DNA of 64,000 nt from a virus (Duplodnaviria; Caudoviricetes), in IMG/VR virus record IMGVR_UViG_3300044556_000025, positions 28,564 through 92,563 of that record; one strand, written 5' to 3'. Shown piece after piece: positions 9,397 to 19,984 of this stretch. The notes under the pieces are model-generated. The model was not told where the DNA came from. It was given only the letters and a program-made list of their open reading frames with translations, and searched no databases. The position numbers and the translations under genes are program-made. Positions within the stretch are counted from its first letter, which is position 1. Each line of letters opens with the position of its first letter.

Positions 9397-11136
9397 TTAT
9401 CTTCGATATTCGAAAACTTTCTGGCCACAGTCATATACAGGAAGCCAGCCGTTTTCTACCATAAGTAGCTCGTTAGACGCGCTTTTACCATAATTCGTAT
9501 TAAATAGCTGATCATAACCTCTAGCCCTAAGAAGGTTAGAGGTTATTTTTTGTGAACCTTTAGACCATATCTCCTGGGGCAGCGTATCTTTTAGCTGCGT
9601 CATACCTATTTCTGTATATACACTGCCTCTAAACTTCGATCTATCGCAATAAGAAATAACATTGTTAAACTCGAAGTAATTTGTAACCCATTTGAAGAGC
9701 TTAGATGCCCCACCTACAACTTCTATTCTTGACTTAGCACAAAATCGCAGGAGCTCTAAATCGTAATTTTTGTTATAGCGAGGCTTTCCGAATGTCATAA
9801 CTTCTACGAGCTCCCCTTCGTGAACTAAACCGACACAAAACACTTGACCGCGGCACGATCCCTGAAGGTGGTTGTCATTCATAAATTTTCGAGCAACTTC
9901 GGGCTTGATTATGTATTTGTCACAATTCCTTGCATAAATTACTTTCTTTTTAGCGAGCATACTTACGATTTTGTCTACGTTGTCCCAGTCAAATATATGA
10001 ATGCACCTAAATCCATTGTCTTCGGCTAGTTTAGTCTTCTCGAGATGATAATTTTTGTCCAGACCGCTAGGGTTCCAGTGATTACCGATAGTATTATGCG
10101 TATATGTCGGGTCAACTTCGATAAGGGTGTTAGAATTAACTATTTTAATGTCATATTGTTTCGTGCCTATTGCATATTCAAATTCAGTATGAATTCCACT
10201 CGATTCAAGTTTGTCAGATACTTTCTTTTTGATAGCAGATATCCGAAAATGTGACCCATTTAAATACTCTTTTGATTCGACGTAATATGGGGCACCATAT
10301 CTTTCAGTCATAGTAGCCTCAAGCTTTTTTCTAAACTCGGGGACATTCATAGCCCTCTTTACGCCGTATCTCCTCACAAACGTATGAGTTATTTTGTCAA
10401 TAAATTCGCTAGACTTTGAAGTGTTGTCAACGCCATAGTTGCGAATTAGAGTATTTTTGGCCTTTTCGAACGAGTCTTTGTATGCCGTTACCCTATTTTG
10501 TTTAGATCTTTCAGTTATTTCGGGAACTTTCATCGGGTTAGGCACGCCATATTTCTTAATGTTAGTTTCTTCAGTTTTATGCTTTACAATTGGAGATTGT
10601 GTAGCATACGGGACGCCAAATTTGTTCATATTTGTTTTACGCTTCTTGTTAATAGACGCTTTTGCGGCACAGCTTCTAGAACATCCATACGAAGGAGAAG
10701 TACTATTATGAACATATTTCTTACCACATATGGGGCATACTAAGTAATGATCCTCGTTGCATATTGTTTGGTTCGCATGTGTAGGCGTAAACAATTTATG
10801 GCATATGATGCACTCTTTTTGAGGCAAAGCTATTTTTTGCTTCTTAGTTCTACAGTTGTCACAAATCTTCTGAGATCCAGACTTTGGCAAGAACTTGTGT
10901 CCGCACACTTCGCAAACTCTAGGCTTAAACCTCGACTGACGAAGTTTCTTCGAACACTCTTTAGAACAACATTTCGGAGGTCTCGTAAAGTCTCGGTCTG
11001 TCTTCTTAACAAGTTTCCCACAGACAGGGCAAGGCAAATAGTGATCTCTGTCACAATATTCTTTCTGCGGTGAGTTTGTATCGAACGGCTTTCCGCAGCA
11101 CTTGCAAATTTTGTGATACTTGAATGTCTTGCCCAT
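9397..11136 (-). CDS. Zn-finger/Hef-like putative homing endonuclease
   Basis: Multiple CxxC repeats, K(Y/F)GVxx repeats, YDIKI...LIEVDPTYTHN, and C-terminal NHLQG...MTFGKPRY...GGASKLFK...ISYCD...YDCGQ. Confidence 0.75.
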   Translation of the reverse strand: MGKTFKYHKICKCCGKPFDTNSPQKEYCDRDHYLPCPVCGKLVKKTDRDFTRPPKCCSKECSKKLRQSRFKPRVCEVCGHKFLPKSGSQKICDNCRTKKQKIALPQKECIICHKLFTPTHANQTICNEDHYLVCPICGKKYVHNSTSPSYGCSRSCAAKASINKKRKTNMNKFGVPYATQSPIVKHKTEETNIKKYGVPNPMKVPEITERSKQNRVTAYKDSFEKAKNTLIRNYGVDNTSKSSEFIDKITHTFVRRYGVKRAMNVPEFRKKLEATMTERYGAPYYVESKEYLNGSHFRISAIKKKVSDKLESSGIHTEFEYAIGTKQYDIKIVNSNTLIEVDPTYTHNTIGNHWNPSGLDKNYHLEKTKLAEDNGFRCIHIFDWDNVDKIVSMLAKKKVIYARNCDKYIIKPEVARKFMNDNHLQGSCRGQVFCVGLVHEGELVEVMTFGKPRYNKNYDLELLRFCAKSRIEVVGGASKLFKWVTNYFEFNNVISYCDRSKFRGSVYTEIGMTQLKDTLPQEIWSKGSQKITSNLLRARGYDQLFNTNYGKSASNELLMVENGWLPVYDCGQKVFEYRR

Positions 11137-11296
11137 ACTATGTCACCGCTTTTAAAACTATGTATATTGTGAAAAGGAAATATTATGTATTACTAGTTAA
11201 TATTATAAAAATTACACAGCTGACCAATAATACTCACATATCCTTCAATTATGGGTAGAAATTAAAGTTTTCTGGCAATTCTAGGAGCTGAACAAT

Positions 11297-11845
11297 ATGG
11301 CATTTTCACCTCTAGCAATGGGCACCAATCACATGCTCGGAGTTGACAATTATGTACCCATTACAACGAACAACTTCGAAATTCGCATATACAACATGGA
11401 CGGTACCTCGCCTACCGAAAGCTCAGACCTATTGACTCTCTCAACGTCTGAAATCGGCGACATCTCAGAATCACAAGACGCAATCGTCGTACACTATGGA
11501 AACGGGCTTATCAAGTTCCCCTCTAAAGTAACATACGGAGACGTCTCTTGGACTCTCAATTGCTATTGTGACCCCGACGTTGCTTCGGCTCTTAAAGAGT
11601 GGAGGAATCAGATTTACAACCCTGTAACGGAGAAAATGGGCCTCCCGTCTCAGTACCTACGTCAGGTTTATTTTATTCGATACGACGGAGCCGGAAACGC
11701 GCGCTCTGCCCTAAGGTGCCCGGGCACTTGGATCTCAGGTCTCGACTTCGGTCAGTACAATCAAGAAGGCGGATCGGTCGTTCAGTTACAAACTACGTTC
11801 CAAATTTCTAAAGTCATTTATATGGGGCCCGACGAACTGAGCTAG
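11297..11845 (+). CDS. Tail tube protein (T4 gp19-like)
   Basis: 182 aa; NNFEIRI, IKFPSKVTYGDVSWT, EWRNQIYNPVTEKMGLPSQY; AGGAG RBS; followed by a terminator. Confidence 0.85.
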   Translation: MAFSPLAMGTNHMLGVDNYVPITTNNFEIRIYNMDGTSPTESSDLLTLSTSEIGDISESQDAIVVHYGNGLIKFPSKVTYGDVSWTLNCYCDPDVASALKEWRNQIYNPVTEKMGLPSQYLRQVYFIRYDGAGNARSALRCPGTWISGLDFGQYNQEGGSVVQLQTTFQISKVIYMGPDELS

Positions 11846-11860
11846 TAGCTTCAATTAAAT

Positions 11861-11902
11861 AAGCCTTCTGGCGTATATATTTCGTCAGAAGGTTTGTTTT
11901 TT
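11861..11902 (+). terminator. Rho-independent terminator
   Basis: aagccttctggcg...cgtcagaaggttt plus a T-run. Confidence 0.7.
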
Positions 11903-12120
11903 CATTTACACAGTCAGATATTTGTATTGTATGACGAACTTACATTCTAAGCGGTCTATACTCCTCGTACAGCGGTTATAATTGGCTATATGGGATCTTC
12001 TATAATATATCGGCAAAATGACACAATAGAGCGGGATTCGAAGACAAGTCTTATTTAGATATAGACGTTGTTAGAGACGTAGACAAATTGAAGGACGTAT
12101 TAGAGTAAAGAGGCAAACTC

Positions 12121-12645
12121 ATGAAGATTTTATACACAAAGAAAAACGTTTCATCGGCAACACACGAATCTGAATATGACGGAACACGTTCTCTCGGTAA
12201 GTGGAAGCTAAGCACAGTCCCCCATCTGTATATGACTAAATTCTATTTATACGAGCCTGTTAAAGACGAGTACAAAGCCGGTAAGTTTCTAGACGATCCC
12301 GAGCTTACTGACATCTTGAAAGACGACATCGATTCGGGCTTGGTCAAAACAGATTGTCCTAGCGATTCTATTGCCTTCGTGTTCTTCCAGCTAACGGACC
12401 CTGACGGTGGCCTTATTTACCTGGGCACTACAGAAGCGCTTGACAAGGAGTCACTCGACGCAATTTCTGACTGGGTACGAGGTCAAGCTAGCGACGGAAT
12501 CGGCGAGAGCTTCGAGCAACAAGACTTTGCAGAGCACATCGATTACTCGATGGAAGACGAATGGGGAGACATACCCGACGAAGCTTACTCGATGGCATCG
12601 TTCGATTGGGACAAGAATCATTATATTTTCGAGAAGATTCGATAG
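12121..12645 (+). CDS. Acidic hypothetical protein
   Basis: 174-aa ORF, GAGG RBS, motif WVRGQASDGIGESFEQ, followed by a hairpin. Confidence 0.75.
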   Translation: MKILYTKKNVSSATHESEYDGTRSLGKWKLSTVPHLYMTKFYLYEPVKDEYKAGKFLDDPELTDILKDDIDSGLVKTDCPSDSIAFVFFQLTDPDGGLIYLGTTEALDKESLDAISDWVRGQASDGIGESFEQQDFAEHIDYSMEDEWGDIPDEAYSMASFDWDKNHYIFEKIR

Positions 12646-12664
12646 ACTCGGGAATTACAAAACG

Positions 12665-12692
12665 ATAGCCCAGACAGCCGCCTGGGCTATTT
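12665..12692. terminator. Bidirectional terminator between convergent genes
   Basis: atagcccag-loop-ctgggctat. Confidence 0.55.
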
Positions 12693-12698
12693 CTATGT

Positions 12699-12989
12699 TT
12701 ATATCGTCTTTCGATCTGTCTCTCGATATTTAATAACGTAATGTTGATTCTTGTCTGCGTTATAAACTACCTCTACGTATTGGCCCTTGTCTTCGTGTAC
12801 TTGAGACGAAGAACAAAACGCTTTGTAGCTGCCTAGCGTGAACGCAAACATGACGACATACGTCGATTCGAACGAAACTCCGAACTCGTAAGCTGCAAGC
12901 TGACGGCATACGTCAATTGGCGACTTGTCTTGGTATCTCTCTTCCATAGCTTTATCCCACTCCATGGCTTCTTGTGTAACGTCTTGCAT
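12699..12989 (-). CDS. DUF6275-like small phage protein
   Basis: AAGGAG RBS; pattern YVVMFAFTLGSYKA...YVEVVYNADK..HYV..Y. Confidence 0.6.
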   Translation of the reverse strand: MQDVTQEAMEWDKAMEERYQDKSPIDVCRQLAAYEFGVSFESTYVVMFAFTLGSYKAFCSSSQVHEDKGQYVEVVYNADKNQHYVIKYRETDRKTI

Positions 12990-13408
12990 TGCAAACTCCT
13001 TCTTATCTCAGTCGATACTTGTTTGCAATAACGATTTGTGTAGTTTCATGCATAGTGAAAACACAAGTTTGTGCGGTTTTGACCCTCTCTCGACACTTGT
13101 TGAAAATTCGCGACCAGGCATTTTGCGAACTCGTATGCGAATTTTACAATGCGAATGACATAAGGCTCTCAAGATTTGCCTCATTTTTGATTACGTTAAT
13201 TGTCTTTCCTGGGGTTCTTCAATGGGTTTAAAATTTCGAAATTTTTTAAACAACCCAGATACCTGGAGTAAGTCTGGTTTTATCCTCCCGCAGATACAAA
13301 CATACATTTCATCGATTTAAAAATATCGAACAGCGAAGCAATAACGTGTTTGTACTCCGAAAGTTCGTTAATTCTTGTATCCTATTTGTCTAGTAGAGAG
13401 GACATCAA

Positions 13409-13783
13409 ATGGAGTCTGGGTACGAAGACGAGGTACAAGGAATTTGTGCATATCAGGACTTCGATGACTTTGACGGGATTTTGGCAACGGAAGACGATGA
13501 CCCCGACGGAGATCTCGATGTTCGTCGTCTCATTAACAACCCTACAAAAGAGTTTTTGACTGAACAGATATTGATGATTCGAGATGACTTGAAGTGGGTC
13601 CAAGACTACGTCATTTTTGCTCGTCAAAACTTCGATTATTACGTTGAGAATATGACTGATGACGATCCAATTTCGAAAGCCGGTCTGAGGAACATATCGA
13701 AAGAGTTTGATAATTCCTACAACGCACTTAAGAAGCTATACGACGTAACACTTCACGCAAAGATGGAAGAGACAGATGAGTGA
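13409..13783 (+). CDS. Acidic hypothetical protein
   Basis: GAGGA RBS; overlaps the next gene. Confidence 0.7.
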   Translation: MESGYEDEVQGICAYQDFDDFDGILATEDDDPDGDLDVRRLINNPTKEFLTEQILMIRDDLKWVQDYVIFARQNFDYYVENMTDDDPISKAGLRNISKEFDNSYNALKKLYDVTLHAKMEETDE

Positions 13784-14417
13784 CTTACAGAAGTCTGCTT
13801 TTGTCTCAGATCTTCATTTCGGTGATAAGCGAGTATTGAAGTTTGAGAGACATCAATTCGGATCCATAGAAGAACATGATAAATTTATATATGACACACT
13901 AGTATCTTGGTCTCTAAAACACAAAGGGTGGACACTTTATATACTTGGCGACTTCGGATATGTAGACAAAACGTGTGATCTTATAACAGAAATAAGAGAG
14001 AATTACGTCAACGTAATAGGTGTTAAAGGCAATCATGACAAAAGTAAAGATTGCCGAGAAATCATGTTTTGCTGCGACGACTTCTATTATCACCCAACGT
14101 ATATATCTAAGCGAGTTATGATTTGCCACGAGCCTAAGTACCCATGCCCCAAAGGTGATATTATAATTCACGGGCATCTTCATGGAATGAAGATAGCCGA
14201 ACCAAATTATGTGAATACATCTATAAATGTCATAAAGTACAAGCCCGTCACGTTTAAACATGTTGCTAAGCGTTTGGGAAATTTGGATAAGCCCAAGTCT
14301 AAGTTTTTGTATGAGCCGTATGCAGATTCCTTATATTTAACACAGAAGAACCCAGACGCTGTCACAATACTTAGAAAAGACACTGGGTTAGTTGACGTTA
14401 AACGATCTAGGGGATAA
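13776..14417 (+). CDS. Calcineurin-like metallophosphoesterase
   Basis: SDLHFG, LGDF, GNHD, CHEP and HGHLH motifs. Confidence 0.9.
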   Translation: MSDLQKSAFVSDLHFGDKRVLKFERHQFGSIEEHDKFIYDTLVSWSLKHKGWTLYILGDFGYVDKTCDLITEIRENYVNVIGVKGNHDKSKDCREIMFCCDDFYYHPTYISKRVMICHEPKYPCPKGDIIIHGHLHGMKIAEPNYVNTSINVIKYKPVTFKHVAKRLGNLDKPKSKFLYEPYADSLYLTQKNPDAVTILRKDTGLVDVKRSRG

Positions 14418-14418
14418 C

Positions 14419-16965
14419 GTGGCTTACGATCCAAGGTATAACGTGACTTATTCGTATGAACCCGAAAATATGTTAACAGGTACGGTAGACGGTACTGGGT
14501 GGGTAGTGACAAACGGGACTACACAGACATCAGATGACGGAAGCCCCGCCACGTTTCATTTAACAAATAGTACATCTAACGAAGATTATATTTATTCTCC
14601 CCCATTTACGCTCAAACACAATACAAGCTATTGTCTTACGTTCAACGCGATTAGAAGCACTACCAAAACTACAGTTGACGTCTTTGTATTGGCTTGCGGA
14701 GACACTAAAACCGCTAACGACAAAGTTAACTCAAGCGCATGGATAGCTTTTCAATATATAAATGTTGACGTGAAAGAAATAGGTATTGCGGATACGTCGA
14801 TTGAACTAATGTTTAACTTGCCAGAAAATAGCGTAGAGGGACAATATCAACTACGTTTCGATAACAACGGAGCAGCTGACAGTACTCTTACATATGTAGA
14901 TGTAGATTCGCCTATGCTCTGTGAGGAAGAATATGCTGCGTGGGCACCTGCAAGCGGAGAGCCTCATATAGGCTCGGGAATAATGAAGCCGCTGCGTCGT
15001 AACTTGACAAACGAGCTTAAAAATAGCCGAATTCCTTCTTCTATCGAAGAGGATAGTAGCCACCCTGACGGCATTGAGTATCAGGATGTTGATACGAATC
15101 TTAACCATTGGGTCGGAAGTTATACAGAATATTTACCTTTACAGTCAGACATATCTGGGTTTTCTGACAGTACAAAGTCCTATTATTTGCATACAAACGT
15201 ATGCAGATACTCTAATAGCTCTGAGCATTTAGGAATAATTTCCGATTCTATACGGCTATATGCAAAGTATGTATCTCGCGGAGGGTTTGCTAACGAAATA
15301 CGGGTAAACGACAAACACGATACTTACATATTTAATCGCGATTGGGTAAGCCTTGGCGGATCGATATCTATACCGCGCGGGTGTAAAATTGCAGAACTTG
15401 GGCTTCTTATGAACGGGGCTATTAGTGGAGGCACATTTGGACAAGACGCTAATAGCGGTAGTTCACTTTATCATACTAACATAGAGTTGTTAGATTATAG
15501 CGACGCTTCTGACGTATCATACGTCAAACTTAATAACGTGCTCGCTCAGAACTCTCCAAAGTCGGATTCGTATTCTAGGATTGTTGAAAACAAGTTTTAT
15601 GTAATACCTGCAACAAATAGCGGAACTAAGAAGACAGTATTAAATTTTGATTCTATTCTTAACACTATAACGTCTTCCGGATACACGATATACGAGCTTG
15701 ACGCTAACTTTGCAAGTACAAGTACAATCGTTTCTGACCCTAACACGGTAAACACAGCGCATATTACGTTCTTAGCAACATTTGTAAACAATAAGTTGAA
15801 TAACACCTATATTGCGTGCGGAATCGCCAACAGGACTCGAGGGTCTATAACAACGTTTCGTTTTGAGCAAGTAGACCCAGATTCGACTCTTATGTCTTTG
15901 TATATGTCAGTTGCTGGTCCGCAGCCAGAGTTCTTAGTTTCTCTAAAGCCCGACACAGACCTTGTAGACAACAAGTTTTTGTCACGCGCTTGGTCTCACC
16001 TTAGGCCTAGGTCTGATATAGCAAGAAAAAGAACTATTCGTCATTTCGACATTACAAACGAAATAGCAGACGGGTCTATATTCGCTAGGATGGACGAAGG
16101 CAATTTTGACGGGGTATATCTAGGAGACACGTTTAAGCTCCCGTTTTATCATACTACATCCGGCGGTGTTCAGTCTACTGATTACTTGAATTTCGAAGTA
16201 GTAGACATTGACAAGTATTACGGAGTAGAGTCAAATACTGGTACGTCTAAGACGAAACATCACATTGTTTGTTTACAAACTGACCCAATTCCTTCGACTT
16301 GGTTTTCGAGCGCCGGGGTTTCACCTAGTCTATATACGTCAACGTATCCGTCTACCGGTGGGTATGCGAACAGTAACTACGTAAACAAAATTTCTACGTT
16401 GTATTACAGTTGGCTCACCACTATGTTTACGTCTCACAAACAATATAATATTCAAACTAATAAGCTCGAAGACAGCTACGATTCGTACGTTACGCCCTAT
16501 ATATTAACTACGACAATAAACGTGAGCAATTCGGTTAGTGTAACAACTTACACAACGGGGTCTACGACATCATATAAGCTAGGGCAAATTGGAAGAACGA
16601 CTATAACAACAAATTCCTTCTTGCCGTCTTTCGAAGAGCTAGATCACCCTGCATATCCAAAAGAAGATGGATCTTCTGCGTTTTCGATTACTACTATAAA
16701 TAATAATGTTTATCAGCTTAATGATACTATACATTACCAAGGCTTAGATCATATTGCAAACCGGGCCTGGGTTACAAATGGAATATCAGATAACAAAAAT
16801 TTGTATGTCAGGAATATGCAAAACAATGTCGGATCAACAGATCACCTTCCAATGCCTGCAGCGTATTCTGTTGATTTCGGAGATATTTCAGACCTGGGAG
16901 GAATCGATTTTAAGTCCTCTACAGAAGTTTGCGGAATATGCCCAGTAATTGTTCTAGGGTATTAA
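14419..16965 (+). CDS. Putative tail fibre/receptor-binding protein (carbohydrate-binding-like N-terminal modules, DUF6273-like C-terminus)
   Basis: ~850 aa, S/T/N-rich; NML.GT...WAPA module; C-terminus paralogous to 8123-9181; GTG start inferred. Confidence 0.6.
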   Translation: MAYDPRYNVTYSYEPENMLTGTVDGTGWVVTNGTTQTSDDGSPATFHLTNSTSNEDYIYSPPFTLKHNTSYCLTFNAIRSTTKTTVDVFVLACGDTKTANDKVNSSAWIAFQYINVDVKEIGIADTSIELMFNLPENSVEGQYQLRFDNNGAADSTLTYVDVDSPMLCEEEYAAWAPASGEPHIGSGIMKPLRRNLTNELKNSRIPSSIEEDSSHPDGIEYQDVDTNLNHWVGSYTEYLPLQSDISGFSDSTKSYYLHTNVCRYSNSSEHLGIISDSIRLYAKYVSRGGFANEIRVNDKHDTYIFNRDWVSLGGSISIPRGCKIAELGLLMNGAISGGTFGQDANSGSSLYHTNIELLDYSDASDVSYVKLNNVLAQNSPKSDSYSRIVENKFYVIPATNSGTKKTVLNFDSILNTITSSGYTIYELDANFASTSTIVSDPNTVNTAHITFLATFVNNKLNNTYIACGIANRTRGSITTFRFEQVDPDSTLMSLYMSVAGPQPEFLVSLKPDTDLVDNKFLSRAWSHLRPRSDIARKRTIRHFDITNEIADGSIFARMDEGNFDGVYLGDTFKLPFYHTTSGGVQSTDYLNFEVVDIDKYYGVESNTGTSKTKHHIVCLQTDPIPSTWFSSAGVSPSLYTSTYPSTGGYANSNYVNKISTLYYSWLTTMFTSHKQYNIQTNKLEDSYDSYVTPYILTTTINVSNSVSVTTYTTGSTTSYKLGQIGRTTITTNSFLPSFEELDHPAYPKEDGSSAFSITTINNNVYQLNDTIHYQGLDHIANRAWVTNGISDNKNLYVRNMQNNVGSTDHLPMPAAYSVDFGDISDLGGIDFKSSTEVCGICPVIVLGY

Positions 16966-17046
16966 TATTAAAATGCGATTGAAGCTTGTAACTTATATAA
17001 ATCGGGTGTTTCTACAAATAAGATTCGTTCTTAGGCAGTATAAATT

Positions 17047-18138
17047 ATGGCTGACATACAGATAGATGAGAATACTCGTCTCGCATTTCAACAATTGCTA
17101 AAAGAAGCTATGACTGACGGCACTATTGTCGGAAACTTCATACAGTCTATGTTCTCGTATGATACAACGTCTTTGGGTGGGAATAACAATAACAAGCTCG
17201 AAGAGTCTGAAATTGAGACGTTCTTCGAGAAAATGATATCGGCAGCTATAGACAAGTATTACAAAGACAACGTAGCTAGCAAAGATACAGAGTCAGCCAC
17301 TAAGGGCGCTAAGCTTACGGGCATATCTTCGGGTTCGCAGTTTTTGTCGACGTATCATCATCACAAGCCTAGTGAAATTGACCCCGTATATACTACAGAC
17401 AAAGACGGCAAGAAGACTGTTAGCGAGACACTAAACGTTGACGTGCTACCGCAAATTCCAGGTTCTAAGGTAACTGACTTAGACAACTCTTTGTATAAGT
17501 CAGACAAAAACACAGATAGCCCGTCAGACATATCCGCAGGGCACACACTCGTAAACGAGACTACGAATTACTGGAATAACGTGCCCGAAGGATCTCGAGA
17601 GATAAGTTTCTGTAACTACGATGGCAAAGGCCACGTTGTCGGTAAGTTTGTTTCTTACGTAAACTCAGATGGTTCCGTCCAGACAGGGATTGAAGCTTTC
17701 AATCAGGTTGGCAACGGAACGTCTATGTCAAACGGGTTATATACTATAGTTAAAAAGACCGACTCTGACACCTCTAGAGCTTTCGGTGCATCTGACGTAA
17801 ACGCGTTCTATCGAGGGATAAAGCCGCTACCGTCGCATATGGGTATATTGTACGGCAGCAATACAAACGTTTCTGCCCCTGGGAAAGGCGCAACCAACAC
17901 CCACACAGTAACGTTCGACCCGTCGTCTTCGAGTAACAACAACGTTTCAACTTTCAAATTTACAGAAGCTCCAATTGTTATAGTGTGCGTCAACGCGAAC
18001 AACGATTCGGGGTCTCACGTAACAGCCAGCGTGAAGTCTTCGTCTCAAACTGACTTCACGTACATGCTATACTGTGACGCTGACGGCAGCCCGCAAGTTA
18101 ACGTAAACTGGATAGCTATCGGTAACTGCTCATTCTAG
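17047..18138 (+). CDS. Putative tail fibre protein with H-type-lectin/gp53-like C-terminal domain
   Basis: HHHK motif; C-terminal TVTF...FTEAPIVIV...VNWIAIG. Confidence 0.6.
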   Translation: MADIQIDENTRLAFQQLLKEAMTDGTIVGNFIQSMFSYDTTSLGGNNNNKLEESEIETFFEKMISAAIDKYYKDNVASKDTESATKGAKLTGISSGSQFLSTYHHHKPSEIDPVYTTDKDGKKTVSETLNVDVLPQIPGSKVTDLDNSLYKSDKNTDSPSDISAGHTLVNETTNYWNNVPEGSREISFCNYDGKGHVVGKFVSYVNSDGSVQTGIEAFNQVGNGTSMSNGLYTIVKKTDSDTSRAFGASDVNAFYRGIKPLPSHMGILYGSNTNVSAPGKGATNTHTVTFDPSSSSNNNVSTFKFTEAPIVIVCVNANNDSGSHVTASVKSSSQTDFTYMLYCDADGSPQVNVNWIAIGNCSF

Positions 18139-18368
18139 CACTTCTTGCCGACGGAAAAGTCTTGAATCTCAGACTTCTTTACTTTAATTATCGGAACGTT
18201 CAGATTGTTAGGCTCTTTCGGTATAAGCCAATACGAATCGCCTTCAGATGACGAAACTTTAAATCGAGACCCACTTTTAACATGTACGGGTCCTGACTCC
18301 GTATTAAAATAACAACCGATAGAGTTGCACCTAACAATGTGACCAATCACGTAGTCTTCTTCACACAT
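18135..18368 (-). CDS. Small hypothetical protein
   Basis: 77 aa; convergent overlap with the previous gene; GAGGA upstream. Confidence 0.5.
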   Translation of the reverse strand: MCEEDYVIGHIVRCNSIGCYFNTESGPVHVKSGSRFKVSSSEGDSYWLIPKEPNNLNVPIIKVKKSEIQDFSVGKKC

Positions 18369-18442
18369 ATTATGTCCACATCCTCGTTATTATTAATACA
18401 TATTGTAACGATCATTGTATGACATTTGAGAAGGGAAGAGTT

Positions 18443-19048
18443 ATGAACGTAGAAGTTATTTCTGCAACTTCTAAGCCAATTCATCTTTTGTCGTTTGCCG
18501 CTGGAATCTGCTACGGTAAAGCAGATCAATTTTCAGAGAAGCGTGTTAGGAACTGTATTAAGATGGGGCATACCTCTATTGTCGAACACGCTGTAGTTTC
18601 GTATCACATCGACGGAATTTCAAGATCCTGCCTCGCACAGCTATGTCGTCATCGTCACATTTCGCTGTCAGTTCAAAGCCAGAGGTATTGTAAGTTCGAC
18701 GAAAAGACATTGAAAGACGGAAACTGGTATGTCACACCGCCTTCGGTTAAAGTGGATTCAAAAACTCTCGAAGAGTATTGCGATGACATGGATTGCCAGC
18801 TGAAAAAGTATATCAATCTTACAAAAATAGGTGTTAAATCAGAAGACGCTAGATTCCTACTCCCCGAATCTACAAAGACTCGTCTTGTTATGTCTACAAA
18901 CGCTCGAGAGCTCCAGTCTATCTTGAAGCTTCGTCTTGACAGTCACGCACAATGGGAGATCCGAGAGCTTGCTCAAAATATGTATGATCGAGCCCATGAC
19001 ATAGATGATGAGTGGGCGACTCTTGTCGAATGGCTTCTAGAGTTCTAA
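18443..19048 (+). CDS. thyX: FAD-dependent thymidylate synthase ThyX
   Basis: GHTSIVEH, RHRHISLSVQSQRY (ThyX motif), EDARFLLP, LRLDSHAQWEIR. Confidence 0.95.
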   Translation: MNVEVISATSKPIHLLSFAAGICYGKADQFSEKRVRNCIKMGHTSIVEHAVVSYHIDGISRSCLAQLCRHRHISLSVQSQRYCKFDEKTLKDGNWYVTPPSVKVDSKTLEEYCDDMDCQLKKYINLTKIGVKSEDARFLLPESTKTRLVMSTNARELQSILKLRLDSHAQWEIRELAQNMYDRAHDIDDEWATLVEWLLEF

Positions 19049-19072
19049 TTTTACTATTGGCATTTTATAGGA

Positions 19073-19117
19073 ATTGGCATACAATTAATTAAAAGTTGAT
19101 TGTATGCCAATCTTTTT
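19073..19117 (+). terminator. Rho-independent terminator
   Basis: attggcatacaatt...gattgtatgccaat plus ctttt. Confidence 0.65.
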
Positions 19118-19128
19118 AGTGAGGCTTC

Positions 19129-19824
19129 ATGGATGATCATAAAAGAAGTTACAGTATTATCACTAACTTCGGATGTGACAGGAATTGCCCGTATTGTATT
19201 TCAAAGCTTGGAGGGCACGGAATTCCGCATACAAGCTTAAGTGAAACTATTGCTTCGTTTATATCAATAGCTAAAACTGCTGAAATTACATCACTGTCTG
19301 TCTCTGGCGGCGGAGATCCTCTTTTTGAAATAACTAACGAAGACGCTAAGGTAGACTGGTATTCAACCATAACTTCGTTTTGTGCGTTTAATAACATTAA
19401 ATCAAAGATTCATACTTCGTATTTCAAAGATATTAGTCAAACTCAGAAAGATATAATTTCTAAATTTGATCTTGTTTCGTATCATTTATTCGATGTTAAA
19501 GACATCCAATGCGTTGAGAGGATAAAGCAAGAGTGCGTTCGAGTAGTTTTTGTAGTATCCCCAGATTTCACCACACAAAAGATAGACAAAATTAAACAAG
19601 AAGTTTCTGAGAATGACAATATAAATCAGCTTACGTTTCGTCAGTACGTTTCAAACGACTATATGCCCGTCCGAGTATGCGAAGACTACTTAGTACAAGG
19701 AGAGCATCAAAGCTACTGGAAATACGTTAGGCAAGGTGATTACAACAACTATATTGTCAACAACAAGCTGTATTTTAGATTTAAAGACATATTGATAGAT
19801 GAGAATTTCCAGAAGATCGTTTAA
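19129..19824 (+). CDS. Radical SAM protein
   Basis: CDRNCPYC (CxxxCxxC) and SGGGDPL motifs. Confidence 0.85.
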   Translation: MDDHKRSYSIITNFGCDRNCPYCISKLGGHGIPHTSLSETIASFISIAKTAEITSLSVSGGGDPLFEITNEDAKVDWYSTITSFCAFNNIKSKIHTSYFKDISQTQKDIISKFDLVSYHLFDVKDIQCVERIKQECVRVVFVVSPDFTTQKIDKIKQEVSENDNINQLTFRQYVSNDYMPVRVCEDYLVQGEHQSYWKYVRQGDYNNYIVNNKLYFRFKDILIDENFQKIV

Positions 19825-19910
19825 CTAATTAAACAGCGGAAGCAATACGTTGAAAGCACTATACGCTGGCAATGACATGAAAATCGGAAATCTCAATTTA
19901 ACAATTAGCT

Positions 19911-19940
19911 TTGACACCACACCACCAAAACGATTATAAT
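19911..19940 (+). promoter_or_regulatory. Consensus sigma70-type promoter at the IS left junction
   Basis: TTGACA-18 bp-TATAAT upstream of the tnpA remnant and tnpB. Confidence 0.6.
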
Positions 19941-19984
19941 CATAACCAGAAACAAACAACGACGAAACAACGGAATTACAGATA

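Noticed and set aside
9844-11073. Several + strand ORFs overlapping the minus-strand endonuclease, and similar shadow ORFs elsewhere
   Set aside because: Antisense or alternate-frame shadows of longer motif-bearing genes, without RBS or recognisable motifs
11905-12110. Possible small gene after the tail tube terminator
   Set aside because: Coding-like tail (...DIDVVRDVDKLKDVLE*) but interrupted by stops and lacking a clear start; at most a decayed remnant
12990-13400. Structured ncRNA or replication origin in the AT-rich divergent intergenic region
   Set aside because: Only short imperfect palindromes; no iterons or recognisable RNA family
8123-16965. Complete diversity-generating retroelement
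   Set aside because: No reverse transcriptase and no TR/VR nucleotide repeat seen in the window
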